A model generated the notes under the pieces. The model made no database searches. It was not told the origin of the DNA and worked only from the letters and a program-made list of their open reading frames with translations. The position numbers were made by a program, and so were the translations under genes. From Chrysomallon squamiferum (taxonomy: Eukaryota; Animalia; Mollusca), in contig CM022677.1 in assembly GCA_012295275.1 (NCBI GenBank), positions 14,384,001 through 14,448,000 of the forward strand: a stretch of DNA of 64,000 nucleotides, in the 5' to 3' direction. The stretch's first letter is position 1, and each line of letters starts with the position of its first letter. Of this stretch, positions 13,521 to 30,189 are shown piece by piece.

Positions 13521-14059
13521 TTATGAGAAGATTCACATAAAATAGCCCTTCCTGCTGATCAGTAAAAACAGACCATGTGTCTCTCATATCAGCTTCAAAC
13601 CACAATCACAGGCTTAATATTTAATACTTCAATCTTCTCAGTGAATCACTCATTTCACTCACTGAGCAATTTGACATTCAACACTGAATTAACTTGTTAA
13701 TTAACTATCTATGTTTTCTGTTAATATTTTAATTATGACTGCTGTTGAGTTAAATCCTATGTTAACAAATACCCAGTCAGATTTATAATTATCTTAGTTA
13801 ATAACTTAATGGGAATATAAATATCTCAGTTAATTAGTTTTCTTGTTAATTAACTCAGTTAATAAGGTTAAATTAAAAAGTTAATTAACTCAGTTAATAA
13901 GGTTAATCATGTTATTTAGATAACTGACTAAGATAATAAATTAATTGTTTCAGTTGTAAAAGTTAATTAGCTCAGTTAAGCTGTCACAGGGCCCACACCT
14001 TTAAACATCTTGTATGTTTTATTAAGGCTCAGTCTAGGGTAACAAGGTGCTTTAATGGC

Positions 14060-14680
14060 CATCAAACAGGGAATATAAACACTAAATTGACAGCAATCTA
14101 CATAAATCAATAAGTCTGTCTATCCACTAGACAAATAAACAGAACACAAGTTAAGGTACAAGTTAATTAGTAATAATACTTGATATCTTTAATGTAATTT
14201 GGTCAACAGGTCAGATACCAACAGGCTGGAAACTTGCAGAATCTTTTAGTCAACCTAAACCTTACAAAGACCATTCACTACCAATCAACTGCAGACCAGT
14301 TACAGTAACATCACAGGTGTAAAACCCCTGACATACTGTATACACAAAACATAAACAACAACGATTTAATAAGTAACTAACAAAAGAGCTTTAGAACAAA
14401 ACACTGCATGAACAACAATTTACTAAATTACATAAATCAAATGAATGAAAAGTAATTACAGTTTTCACAGATTATGGAAAAAGAATTTAATATGGTCACA
14501 TTTGACAGCCAACTTCAGACGCCACATACAGAAGATAGTCACATCTTGTAAAAACTTTTACCAAACATCACACATTCTGACAGACTCATGTTAGAATAAA
14601 ACATACAACACATACTAAAATACTGTGTTAAAATCCACTCTCAGTAATAAACATCTCATGAAGGATCTAGGCCCTGATCA
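14060..14680 (+). mobile_element. Non-LTR retrotransposon reverse transcriptase remnant (I/Jockey-like)
   Basis: About 14176-14320 reads LDIFNVIWSTGQIPTGWKLAESFSQPKPYKDHSLPINCRPVTVTSQV*, matching the RT N-terminal consensus FNxIWxxGxxPxxWKxAxxxPIPKPGKD..YRPISLTS. A decayed VFxDxEKAFD-like piece lies near 14460. Confidence 0.8.
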
Positions 14681-14684
14681 AACC

Positions 14685-14840
14685 TTTAAAACACCTTTCA
14701 CTACAATCTAGTTTTAAAACACACCTTTCACTACAATCTAGTTTTTAAACACACCTTTCACTACAATCTAGTTTTAAAACTCACCTTTCACTACAATCTA
14801 GTTTTAAAACTCACCTTTCACTACAATCTAGTTTTTAAAC
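14685..14840. repeat. 30-bp minisatellite, about 5 copies (CACCTTTCACTACAATCTAGTTTTAAAACA)
   Basis: Visible tandem copies; reverse complement present at 63810-64000. Confidence 0.95.
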
Positions 14841-16030
14841 AACAGTCAGCCATATTGAAATGTAGACTGGATTGGCTGAATGTTGCAACCAGCAAATAGT
14901 AAAAAATAAAATAAACATTAGTTACACCTTTCATCATCAAAACCAAAATCAGTTTACTAAGAACTACATAAAAACCTTACCAGACTCAGAATCAGCTACT
15001 CCACCAGTCTAAACACAACACCAAACTATGCTGTGGAATTTCTGAAACCATGAAACATTATTTAGTTCTCTGTCCAAAATCTGTCCTAATGTTCCATTAC
15101 TTTTTCAATGAATTAATAATTAAATTTACATTTAAAACCATCTTGATAGAAACAGTGAAAAACTGAGAGCCAAACTTTAATTCAAACAAATAAATAGACA
15201 CAAATTCAAAAACATAACATAAAATAACACAATCATATAGGTCAAAAAAATTAAAATAAATAAATAGCATACACAATAACAAACAAAACAAAAAGCAAAT
15301 ACATCAACACAAAATAATTATATAAATTAATTCATTAATAGATTAACTGACTCACCAGCTGATAGATTGGCTGACACAGAACTTCAGAACATATTTTAAA
15401 AGTTCCACATTTTCTTGACACAAGGAAGTAAACTGGTTCAGGCTGGACTGGGCTGTTTGGAATGTGATCTTTCTGTACTGACAAGTTAAACTGAAGAAGA
15501 CAATTAGCTTTTTCTTAAAAATAAAATTGAAAACATAATTTAAAATAACAAACAAAAACATATATAATCAATATATAATCAATTAATCTAAGAATTAATA
15601 CAATATCCTTAAAATTATATTTACTCCTTTAAATATGTTTCAGAACAGATTTCAATAAATATCACTTAATCTATTACAAAAATTACACATTATTCAAATG
15701 AATTCTTACTTGTCTTTCAAGCTGATGATTATGCACGTTATGTCAGTAAGGACAAGGCACGAAATTTAAAAAAACAAACATTATGATTTAGTCGCCTAAA
15801 ACATAAGAGTCATATTAATAATTTTGTAGCAAATATTTATGTCACATAAAAGGTTTGTTCGTAGTTCGATAATTTGAAAGTATCGACTTGTCTTAATTTG
15901 TCAGCATCTAAAATGAAATACGAAAATTCTTTATTAATTAAAATATCCACAAACATTTTGTCCTAGTTATACAAATCAACTGGTGAGACATTTTCAAACA
16001 AACCTTGACAAAAATGGAATTATATAATAA

Positions 16031-16032
<2 letters not shown>

Positions 16033-16061
<29 letters not shown>

Positions 16062-16074
16062 AAGAAGAAGAAGA
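16033..16074. repeat. (AAG)n microsatellite; mirror (CTT)n at ~62425-62467
   Basis: Perfect trinucleotide run. Confidence 0.95.
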
Positions 16075-16164
16075 ATGTATAGTATTATACTCTTTGATTT
16101 TTCAAAAGAAATAAAAATTAAAGGAAAGCAACGTGAAATGACATTGAGTAAAGTTTAGCGTGGG

Positions 16165-16405
16165 AAAACGAAAAACAATAGCAAATACAAGGTTATAGAG
16201 TTATCTTCCATGATAACTTGTTCCGTTAACCAACCGATAATTATTAACGTAAAGCTCTAAAAGTTCGCTAAATTTGTTCGTTGGCTTCACTTTAGCCAAT
16301 TAAAGGTGGAATTGAAAAGGAAAAACAATAGCAAACAATTAGTTACAAAGCTATCGCCTATGATAACTTGTTCCGTTAACCAACCGATAATCCTTTAACG
16401 TACTG
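16165..16405. repeat. Two diverged direct copies, ~150-bp spacing, sharing ATGATAACTTGTTCCGTTAACCAACCGATAAT
   Basis: Core seen at ~16210 and ~16360; mirrored at ~62095-62335. Confidence 0.85.
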
Positions 16406-16544
16406 TTTATAAATAGATGTTAGCAAATTATGGAAGCCGATGCGTCCAGCTTATGGAACTATGGGCACTCGTTTTATGTGAAATAAATATTTGCGATAAA
16501 ACTATTATAAAATTATTATCTCGTGTTATAACTTGTAGAAAAAT

Positions 16545-16663
16545 ACAGGTCACCTAAATAATATTTTTTGGGGCGACTAACCATAATATTTCTAACACCC
16601 CAGTCGCCTAAACGGAACTTTGGTCGCATTTGGTGACCTGGCGACTGGCCATTTCGAGCCCTA
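16545..16663. mobile_element. Single DNA-transposon terminus (hAT-like CAGGGCTCGAAAT end with GTCGCC/GGCGAC subterminal motifs)
   Basis: The mirror copy at 61836 starts CAGGGCTCGAAATGGCCAGTCGCCAGGTCACC and carries repeated GTCGCC-type hexamers. CAGGG ends with short subterminal repeats are typical of hAT elements. No partner end was found. Confidence 0.45.
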
Positions 16664-17089
16664 CATATTATCTCTCATGTTAACAAATCTGTTTGTAATA
16701 TAAATTGTTATTTTAATACTGATTAAATATTTAGTCAGAAGATGTGACTAATTGCTTCTGAGAAAAATGTCGACAGCTATTGGATTCAAAAGATATAGTG
16801 ACTACTGAGCTACCACATGTAACATATACTGTAATATTGTCAGATACCCAGTCTGATGATCTTCCAGACGACATAGATCGTAACCCAGGCTCTGGGCAGA
16901 TTTGCACGTATACACGTGTCTCTGTGAAACGAACATCATTTAAAAGTAGACTGTTAAGCGCAGGTGTATCGCTTTCTCGAGACTAATTTTTTTTTAATGT
17001 GATAAAATCAAAAGCTAATTAACACAAAGTATGAAAGCTAAATGAAATAGGCCGTTATATTTTTATTTCTATGCCAGCTGGTGTTCTTT

Positions 17090-17360
17090 TCACGGACAAT
17101 ATTTTTGGCGCCTCTTTGTGGTCTTTTGCAACGAACGAAACGGTTTTCATTTCTCTATCAAATTTTAAAGCCGGTTAAAATGTATAAGTTGCGCGATGTT
17201 TTGCAGGCTCTTTTTTAGCGACAGGTTAAAGTTGTTTTACAAGCGAAACGGTCGTAAAATAATAACAAAATAAAAAATTGTTATACCGGCATATTTCGGC
17301 CGCCATTTTGGCGTTAACTGGAACGAATGCCATCGCCCTAGTAATTTTAACGGCCTACTC
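17090..17360 (+). promoter_or_regulatory. CpG-enriched patch with YY1-type motif CCGCCATTTT (17300-17309); candidate transposase promoter
   Basis: Local CpG excess in otherwise CpG-poor DNA, ~1 kb upstream of the transposase acceptor at 18322. Mirrored as AAAATGGCGG at 61191-61200. Confidence 0.35.
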
Positions 17361-18321
17361 TTAATGTTTTTATTGTTGAAATTGATAAAAGTATGTAACT
17401 CTCTAGGTTATTTCTGATGTATATATCTGATATTTTCAAGAACACCCAACAGTCTTGAAGTTGAATTAATGTGTGTTTGATGATGTAAGTTACATAAGAC
17501 TATCAAGTTAAAGTTGATTTTAGGTGTTTTGTTGTCCAGTGTAACTTACAACACTAATGTTGAGAAATGGACTCTAAATTTATTGGTCTGCTATTAATTA
17601 TTTTATAGACACAATAATGTTCCATATTTTTGTTTAAATTTGACATTTTTTATATTGTTATATACATTTTATGATGCAAACTGAATATTTAGTTATTGAT
17701 GATGTTAGCTCCAGAAGACACATTGCTGCAGAGTTGGTTAAAGTCCTATGTAACTTACATTATTAACATGTAGTTTTAAGTAATTACAGTTTTTATTCCT
17801 GTAAATATTACTCTTGTATGAAAGCTTGTATTTTAATTTTGAATGTTTGTACCTGCATAATGTGACATCTATTGTTGTTTTTTCACACTTAATTATTTAG
17901 GAATTTGTATAGTGTTGTTAGTTACACATACCACTTTTTCGAATGCTTGTTGTGGTCTATACATTCTACTGATAGTAAGACATTCTATTAAATTTAAATT
18001 ATTTTTTTCAAAAGAAAAACAAAATTAGGCTTATCTAACCTGACGAACAAGAAAATCGACCTTTCAAAATACTTTTGGCCTCTTTTTGGGGAAGAATTAT
18101 TGTACATTTAAAACAAATTTTTTAACCGGTTTCAGTTTACAACCAGAAACATTAAATATACAGACACTGATATTCTAAAAAGAAAATATATTTATTTTGT
18201 AAGTTTAATCGTAGAAGTATTTTAGTAGTCGGGAACATTTTACAATGCAGCAAATTCGCAAATGTAGTATTGGTTTTTGTGTTCCATGTTTGCTTCATTT
18301 GCCTATTTGGTTATTTTTGCA

Positions 18322-20830
18322 GAATTTGAGATAAGTAAGGATGGACCTTTGGAGCAAGCAATTGAGCCAGGTCAGACTTCACGTTTTGCAGTGAAGAAAA
18401 CTGAAATTGTTCAAGAAGAAAATGGCATCAAGTCAAAGAAAAGTAGTGCAGAGTCTTCAAGAGATTATAGAAATACTATAAAGGCAGACCCAGAAAGATA
18501 TCGAAACCACTTGGTATATGAAAACAACCGCGAAAAGCTATTCTTGGCCAACCTGTCACCAGAAAAGAAAGGGCAGTACCAGAAGGTAACAAATGAGCGT
18601 GTGAAAAGGTGGAGGGTTGAACAGAAAGCTGCGGGAATGAGTGTTGCACCAAAAACCTGAACAGAAAAGGAGACAAAACAAACACAATGTAAAATGCAGA
18701 CGGCTACATGGAGGGCCAAGAGATCTGAAGAACAAAAGGCAGCAGAAAAAGAAAAAATTGGATGAAGTGCCTTGAAAATAAAATAAAAAACAATGAGGAA
18801 ACAGCAGCTTCAAGTGTGGCTGTGAATGGAAAGAATGTTATCAGTGAACTGTCGACACCAAACCCTGAACAGCCATGTTTCATAGATCCTCAGTGGACCC
18901 CTGCAACATCAACCCTTAGTTGTGAAAGAGAACCTACCCTTCAGTGTGTAGAATCGGTCCCTGCAACTCCTTACAAGAAAAAGAACACACTCAACAAAGC
19001 TGTCTGGCGGATGAAGAAAGCAATGCCAACTGACATGGTGAAATCTGTGCATGTGTTAGGAACTGTGCAACTCCACGCAGTCGTCGTCTTCTTCACCAGA
19101 GATTGGACTTTGGAACACAATCTAGAAAAAGGATAAATTTTCAGGCTTCATCAATATCTTCACTCAAGGAAAGTATCCATATGCTAAGAAAAAAAGAAAT
19201 AAGAAGGATCTCAGTGCTAAGAAAACGGTGGCCCTAATGCTAAGTTTAAAGAAAAAGTACTCGTACTCCGAAAGTAAACGTTTAGGAATGAACTACAGAC
19301 TCCTCCAGAAGGCACAAAAAGCAATAAATTTGGTTGACTTTAACATCAGAAAAAGAAAAAATAAGAGATGCTCTGTCATCTCAGACGGTCCAAAAAGTGG
19401 AGCAGTTTTATAGGAGGCGTGAATTTCCCTTCCTCAGCCAGATGCGCGAAGTGCAAAGAAAGGATCCAAAGATGAGTATCCTGTGGCAAGGAGGGTGATG
19501 GATATGTCAGTGGCAGCAGCGTATGAAATGTTTAGACCAGAAAATACACTTAGTCATTTCAAAGACAAAATTTGGACAGCTGAGAACCGAAGATGTCTTG
19601 CCCTCAACACGCACAAGAAAACAGAACTGTCTCTGCGAGTATTGCGCAAATGTTGATCTCAATCTAGAGGGGATTGGTCGCTTTGCAGAATTTCATCGTT
19701 TACACAATTTAACGTACAAAGATAGATACGACCTGTGTCCAAGAAATGAGGATGGCGAGTACAAGATGGCATGCCTTGACAGGAAATGCACAGCCTGTGG
19801 GACATCTGCCATATAAATTAGGCTACACCCTCTATTAGAGACCCACATTGAACAACAAGTGGTTTTCTTTAAGTGGGAGAACACTACACATATCCACAAA
19901 GGTGTCACCAAGAAGAAGCTGACTAGACAGAGAAAAACCCTACTGGCTCCTGATTTCGTCAAAGAACTGATGGAAGAGGCAATCAAAACACCTCTTCAGT
20001 GCCAGATGGCAAGGCAGACAGTATGATGTGGTCTCCAGTGATGTACCAGCAGGCTGGGTTGTCATCTGCCAGGATTTTGCAGATAATTTTTCATGTTGGT
20101 ACCAGGATGAGGTTCAGGGAGCACATTCGGGACATGATTCGGTGACACTTCATGCCAATGTGTCCTGAAGATGACTGTAACCTGATTACAAATCATTCTT
20201 TAATTTTTGTAACTAATGACCTGAAACATTGACATGCTGCTGTCCATGCATTCAACTCGCCAACAAAGGACGTTCTACTTAAGCTCGGTGTCTCCATGCA
20301 AAATGTTGTGTATTTCTCTGATAGGGCGCCTACACACTACAAAAACCAGTCTGCCTTCTGCGACTTAGTGTTTGCTTTTAAAGATTTTAGGGTTCATTGT
20401 GAACGACATTTCTTTGGGACACGGCATGTCAAACGACCATGTGACCGGGAGTTTGGTACGCTAAAGAAACTTATTAATCAGCGGATCAAGGAAAGGAGAG
20501 CAGAAATTGTCACCGCTGAGGAATTCTTCTTGTACTGCCATGATAACCTGAGTAAAGAAGATGTTCACGTCCACTACAAGCGATCCTTTTGCTTCATAGA
20601 TAGTGTGGACATCAAGAGAAACAGAGAGCGGGCGAGCAACCTGAAACCTCTACCGCAGACAAGACAGCAGCAGTCTTAGGATGGTGAAACCATACATCAT
20701 CAGTAACCGAGAAAGGAGCTCCTTCTGTAATGTGTGCACAGAGAGGAGGAAGGCAAATGCCAACATGCTGACATTACTGGTGAATGGAATATCGCCAGTT
20801 TACTCAAACGCAGCAACGTATGTATAATTT
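18322..20830 (+). mobile_element. Frameshifted DDD-type transposase, Sola2-like
   Basis: Joined frames give a K/R-rich N-terminus, CLCEYCANV, LC..CLDRKCTACG, HLFSARWQGRQY, ICQDFADNFSCWYQDEVQGAH..VTLH, NDLKH, VYFSDRAPTHYKN and HFFGTRHxKRPCDREFGTLK, then a C-terminal Cys cluster. These correspond to the DFAENY..QDEIQSAHW, FSDGAxxxYKN and FFxTxHGKGPCDG motifs I associate with Sola2. Element termini were not identified. Confidence 0.8.
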
Positions 20831-20974
20831 TACGCTGTGTGCAGTTTAGTTGTAACATTTTTATTCCAGTTAGTAATACTACAATAAATATTTGTAGGTT
20901 TTGTTAATGCTTGATTCAGGAATGTAACCGTTCATCTGTTTTTGGATCTTCATTTACTATTTTTATTTAAACTG

Positions 20975-21200
20975 AGCAGTAAAGTGATATTAGCAGTAGT
21001 AAAAAAAGAACTGTACAGTAGGAGCGTTAAGTAAATAAATACTGTACAGTAACGTAATAGTAGCAGACATTAAGCAAAATAAATATGTACAGTAACGCGA
21101 TATTAAGTAAATTAAAAACTGTGACGTGATATTAGTAGTATTAAGTAAAGAAATACTGTACAATGACATGTGATATTAACGGCGACATTACTAGAAAGTA
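20975..21200. repeat. Degenerate ~40-bp tandem repeat (ACTGTACAGTAACGTGATATTAGCAGTA...)
   Basis: Several copies 3' of the transposase; the mirror at 57310-57565 has a different copy arrangement. Confidence 0.75.
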
Positions 21201-21264
21201 CAATAATGTATTTGAAGAGGTGATTCGTTCGCTCAAAACGTTTGTGGAATGATTCATAAAAAGC

Positions 21265-21670
21265 GCTAAAGAATAATGAGAAGGACTCTAGAAACCTAGA
21301 AACAACGCCGTTACGACGGCAACGATGGTGATATTGATAGATATGGTATAATACATTTTAGAATAGGATCTGAATACTAAAAAAGAGTGAATAATAATTA
21401 ATAAAAAGGAAAAGAATAGTGAGAATTGCACCGAGAACGATCAGAACAACGCCAGTTCGAAGGTAGCGACAGCGACATTAATAGAAATATTAATAATATA
21501 TTTTAATTCACGATGGGCACGTTCAGAAAATAAGAATAACAGTGAATGAAAACACGAAAAGGAATAATGAGGAGTACACCAATGACGTTAGGAACAATCC
21601 TGGACCGACGGCATTGCCGCCTCGTTAATAGAAATATTAATTATATTTTTTTAACGTAGGATATGGACAC
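21265..21670. repeat. Three diverged ~145-bp direct repeats (GAATAATGAG...AACAACGCC...ATTAATAGAAATAT)
   Basis: Copies start near 21271, 21414 and 21562; mirrored at ~56835-57235. Confidence 0.75.
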
Positions 21671-21992
21671 TAATTGCAATATTTAATAAAAGGCAAAATA
21701 ATATTTTTGTTTTTTCAGACGTATCTCAAATATTGGTAAATTCCTGCACAATAATAAGTAACTTGTAGTGTGAGTTGTAAGTTTTGTTATTTTATTTGGT
21801 GCATTAATATAAATAAGAAGAAGAAAGAAAAAGTAGGGGAAAAAATAATAAAACACCGTTTATTTGAAGTTTACGGTCAACGATTGGCTAATAATAAGAT
21901 AAAAAAATATATAAATAAACAAATAAAATAAATATATTTTAATTGAGATTGTGATGTTTCTGTATTTTATTTTATTTGTTTGGAACATTATT

Positions 21993-22027
<35 letters not shown>

Positions 22028-23188
22028 CGGGGGGTGATTGTATATGCGGAAAAATGCGGGATGATTGTCGGTCTTTACGGATTTACTTTATTATTTAGTG
22101 TTCGAAGAATTTTCTACAGAATTGGTGTAATCGCATTAAAAAAAGTTGTTTAAAGTATTTGATTTTGTGAAGGAGACAGGTATTACTATTTATTATTATA
22201 AATGTTAATATGTTTGGATTTTTTTCGTTTTATTTAATTATAATTTAAAAGTCATAGACAACTGATGGCAGCCATATTATTTGAGAACAATAATTATTTA
22301 TTTATTTATTTATTTAGAATTTTTTCAAATAACGACACTCGATTAATAATAACATTCACCAGTGGTTGTACTAATGTGAACAACATAAACAACGTCATTA
22401 TGTATCAGCAGATTTTGAGTGGCCAGTAATTAAATTTGTTTTAAAATAAATTGACTTGTGTAGCATACACCAAAGAAACACCACACAACAAGTCACAGAG
22501 AATTTAAAATTATTATTATTATTATTGTTATTGTTATTGTTATAATATTATTATTATTATTTTTTTTTATTATTATTATTTTTTTGTTGTTGTTGAAATA
22601 AACTAATAAAACTATTAAAAAAAAATATGCTAATTTTGTTTGACAGGTTGTTTTCAGTCAGTTTATTTATGATTTATTATTTTTAAAGATTTAGGTTAAA
22701 TTGCTGACTTGCTCTATAATTATTAAACATATTAAACTTTATAATGGGTGGGTCCCTAAATGCTTTCATATTATTTAAACTAAATACCTGTATAGCCTAT
22801 GTTAACACTAAAAACAAATAAAGATGAATACAAATTTAACAAATACATGACCAGGTTATTTCATATGTAGATGATGCTATAAAATATTAATAAAATTATT
22901 TATAAAAAAAATATTTAACACACAAATAAACACTCAAATAATTTGTTATCCTGTTCTTTGTTTCTCTTCTTTTCTTAATGGTCAATTTTAATTTATTTAT
23001 TTACACTTTGTTTTGTTTTGTTGTAATTCCTTCTTTTTCATCTTCTTCTTCTCTTATTATTATTACTACTTTTTATTATTATTATTATGTTTTATTTTTA
23101 TTATTATTATTTTTGTGATCTTTATTATTACTATCCATTTTATTTTTCATATCATTACTAATAATTGTTTATTTTTGATGTTTTCCAG

Positions 23189-27010
<3,822 letters not shown>

Positions 27011-27487
27011 ACAACAAGCAGGTTCCAGCTTAATGTTGTTTTCATAGACAATATTAGCAAGTTTAGAGCAACTATAAGTGATTTAAAGGAAAGGATAGAC
27101 GACTGACAGAGATATAAGACTGACTGTCTGATGGGAGGTTAACAGATAAACAGATACACTGGAAGAAAGAGAGAGATGTATATAGACTGATAGACAGTTA
27201 GATCAGTAGAAGTTAACAAATGAATTGATAGATGTAGATGAATTTAGGCAGATAGTTAAACATGTCAGTGTCTATCTATCTATTCTGTGTTTTCTTCTTT
27301 CTGTCACGTGTGTTTGTGTGCCAGGCTGAGAGTGTAGACATACAGTAAAATGCATAGGTTGTAATGTAGCTATCTAGACATAGTTAGTTATGTATGTAGG
27401 TAGTTTGACAGGGAATTAGATATATGATTGATGGATGGTTATTGATCTGTCAGAATGTGGATAGATAAACAAATTGGTAAGTAGGAC

Positions 27488-28095
27488 AGTAGTTCAGTAG
27501 GTTGATATGTAGATATATGTAGATAGTTATCTAATAGATATCAGACACACAGAGGGACAGATAGGTAGGTAGGTCAGTAGTTCAGTAGTTGATATGTAGA
27601 TATATGTAGATATTTATCTAATAGACAGCAGACACACAGAGGGACAGATAGGTAGGTAGGTCAGTAGTTCAGTAGGTTGATATGTAGATATATGTAGATA
27701 GTTATCTAACAGACAGCAGACACAGAGAGAGACAGATAGATAGGTAGGTCAGTAGTTCAGTAGGTTGATATGTAGATATATGTAGATAGTTATCTAACAG
27801 ATATCAGACACACAGAGGGACAGATAGGTAGGTAGGTCAGTAGTTCAGTAGGTTGATATGTAGATATATGTAGATAGTTATCTAATAGATATCAGACACA
27901 CAGAGGGACAGATAGGTAGGTAGGTCAGTAGTTCAGTAGGTTGATATGTAGATATATGTAGATAGTTATCTAATAGATATCAGACACACAGAGGGACAGA
28001 TAGGTAGGTAGGTCAGTAGTTCAGTAGGTTGATATGTAGATATATGTAGATAGTTATGTAGCAGACAGACAGATAGGTGACAGATAGGTAGGTAT
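27488..28095. repeat. ~87-bp minisatellite, about 7 copies
   Basis: GTAGTTCAGTAGGTTGATATGTAGATATATGTAGATAGTTATCTAATAGATATCAGACACACAGAGGGACAGATAGGTAGGTAGGTCA recurs at ~87-bp intervals; only about one unit is present in the mirror (47590-47665). Confidence 0.93.
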
Positions 28096-28439
28096 GTCAG
28101 ATGATATGTAATATATGTGAGAGAAGACTGATGCATATGATGGTAATGTGGAAGACTGAATATATAGCTACAGGTGAAGGTATGTCAGCTGGAGCAGAGA
28201 ATAGTATATAGAAGGAAAAGTCACTTGTCTTTTTTGAAGAGTGAATATATTGAGTAAATATGTGTGCAAACATACAGAACAATAGGGAGGTTTGAAGGTA
28301 TGTAGACAAGAAGATGTTTAAATGACTGATAGATGTTATTGATATATAAACTGTTAGGTAGGTTGATTATGTAGATAGAATGAGAAATTGTGTACTTATA
28401 TATACATATAGAGATACATATAGATAGGTGACATAGAAA

Positions 28440-28481
<42 letters not shown>

Positions 28482-28819
28482 TTGATAAGGATCGCTAAAT
28501 AAGGGAATTGTGAATGAGAGTTATAAATGGACAGTAACACAGAAAGATAGATATAAAAAGTAGTTACAATAATTTAGGGAGATAGTCAGGAAGATGAATA
28601 TCTCATTCAAGGGATTGTTATTGATGGATAGAGAAATATATATAGGGAGGCATTTCCTTAGAGTTCAATGGATGGACAAATAGATAGGTGCAAGAATATA
28701 TGATGGTGAAGTGGATATGATCATGTATATGTACATAGATAAATACACACAGAGGCAGACAGAAAACAGAAAGGATTGGATCTGTGTTTGAGTTAGTGAT
28801 GAACTGATAACTTAAAGGT

Positions 28820-29315
28820 AGATATCCAGAGATAAATACAGATAGATTATATATATATATAGATATATAGAAATAAATACAGATAGATTATATTTATAGA
28901 TATACAGAAATAAATACAGATAGATTATATTTATAGATACAAATAGATTATGTCGATATACAGAGATAAATAGAGATTGATTATGTAGACAGATACACAG
29001 AGATAAATACAGATAGATTATACAGACGGATATACAGAGATAAATACAGGTAGATTATACAGACAGATATACAGAGATAAATAGATAGATTATACAGACA
29101 GATATACAGAGATAAATACAGGTAGATTATGTAGATAGATATACAGAGATAAATACAATCTATAGACAGATATACAGAGATAAATACAGATAGATTATAC
29201 AGACAGATATACAGAGATAAATACAGATAGATTATATAGATAAAAGATATAAATACAGAAAGATGTAACTTTATCTCTGTATAAATACACACACAGAAAT
29301 AAATACAGATAGATA
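28820..29315. repeat. ~36-bp degenerate minisatellite (AGATATACAGAGATAAATACAGATAGATTATACAGAC)
   Basis: Visible tandem units; shorter mirror at 46590-46880. Confidence 0.9.
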
Positions 29316-29838
29316 GCGAGGTTTGAAGTAGTATATAGTTAGATATTCAGGGAGCTGGACATATATTTGATAGATGGTTATTGAAAAATAGACGTATAAG
29401 CTAGAGAGATAAACTGATAGGTAGGTATGTTACTAGTTTGGTAGATTGATTTGTAGACAGACTGACAAACATAGATAGACGTGTGTTAAGAAATGGGTAT
29501 GTGTATATATATATATATATATATAGATGTATACACACACACACATAATGTGTATAGTAATGATAATTTATTTGTGTGTTTAAAGATGATTAGTATGTGT
29601 ATGTGTGTGCATGTGTAAAAAAGGGTGGATAGAGAGATAAATTGATAGACAGAAGAAAGCTAGATAGATGCAAGGAGGCATGAGTATATACTGCATCCTG
29701 TAAGAAAGACTGAGTATGTTGCTTATGTATATGGGATAAATAGATAGATAAATAAATATATTTATAGATAGATAAATAGATAAAAAGAATGTATTTAAAT
29801 AATTAAATATGATATAAATAGAGAGAGTGTATACGTAA

Positions 29839-29876
<38 letters not shown>

Positions 29877-30148
29877 AAAATAGACTGTGCTATTTGTAAC
29901 CGAGAGGGTAAGATAGCTTGATGTAGAGATAGTTAGATGTATTGATCGCTTGAAAAATAGATTGATAGGTTAGGAAACTGATTTGGAAAGAAAAATTCAT
30001 CTTTTATGAATAATAATTGTTCCATATCAGTAGATACCTCATCTGTTTAAATTTTTCTCCCTATTCTTGTAACTGAAGCTGATTCCAGAATGTTGTCTTT
30101 CCTGTACATACAATAATAAAATGTAATAGAAATAATCATTATTTTTCC

Positions 30149-30189
<41 letters not shown>

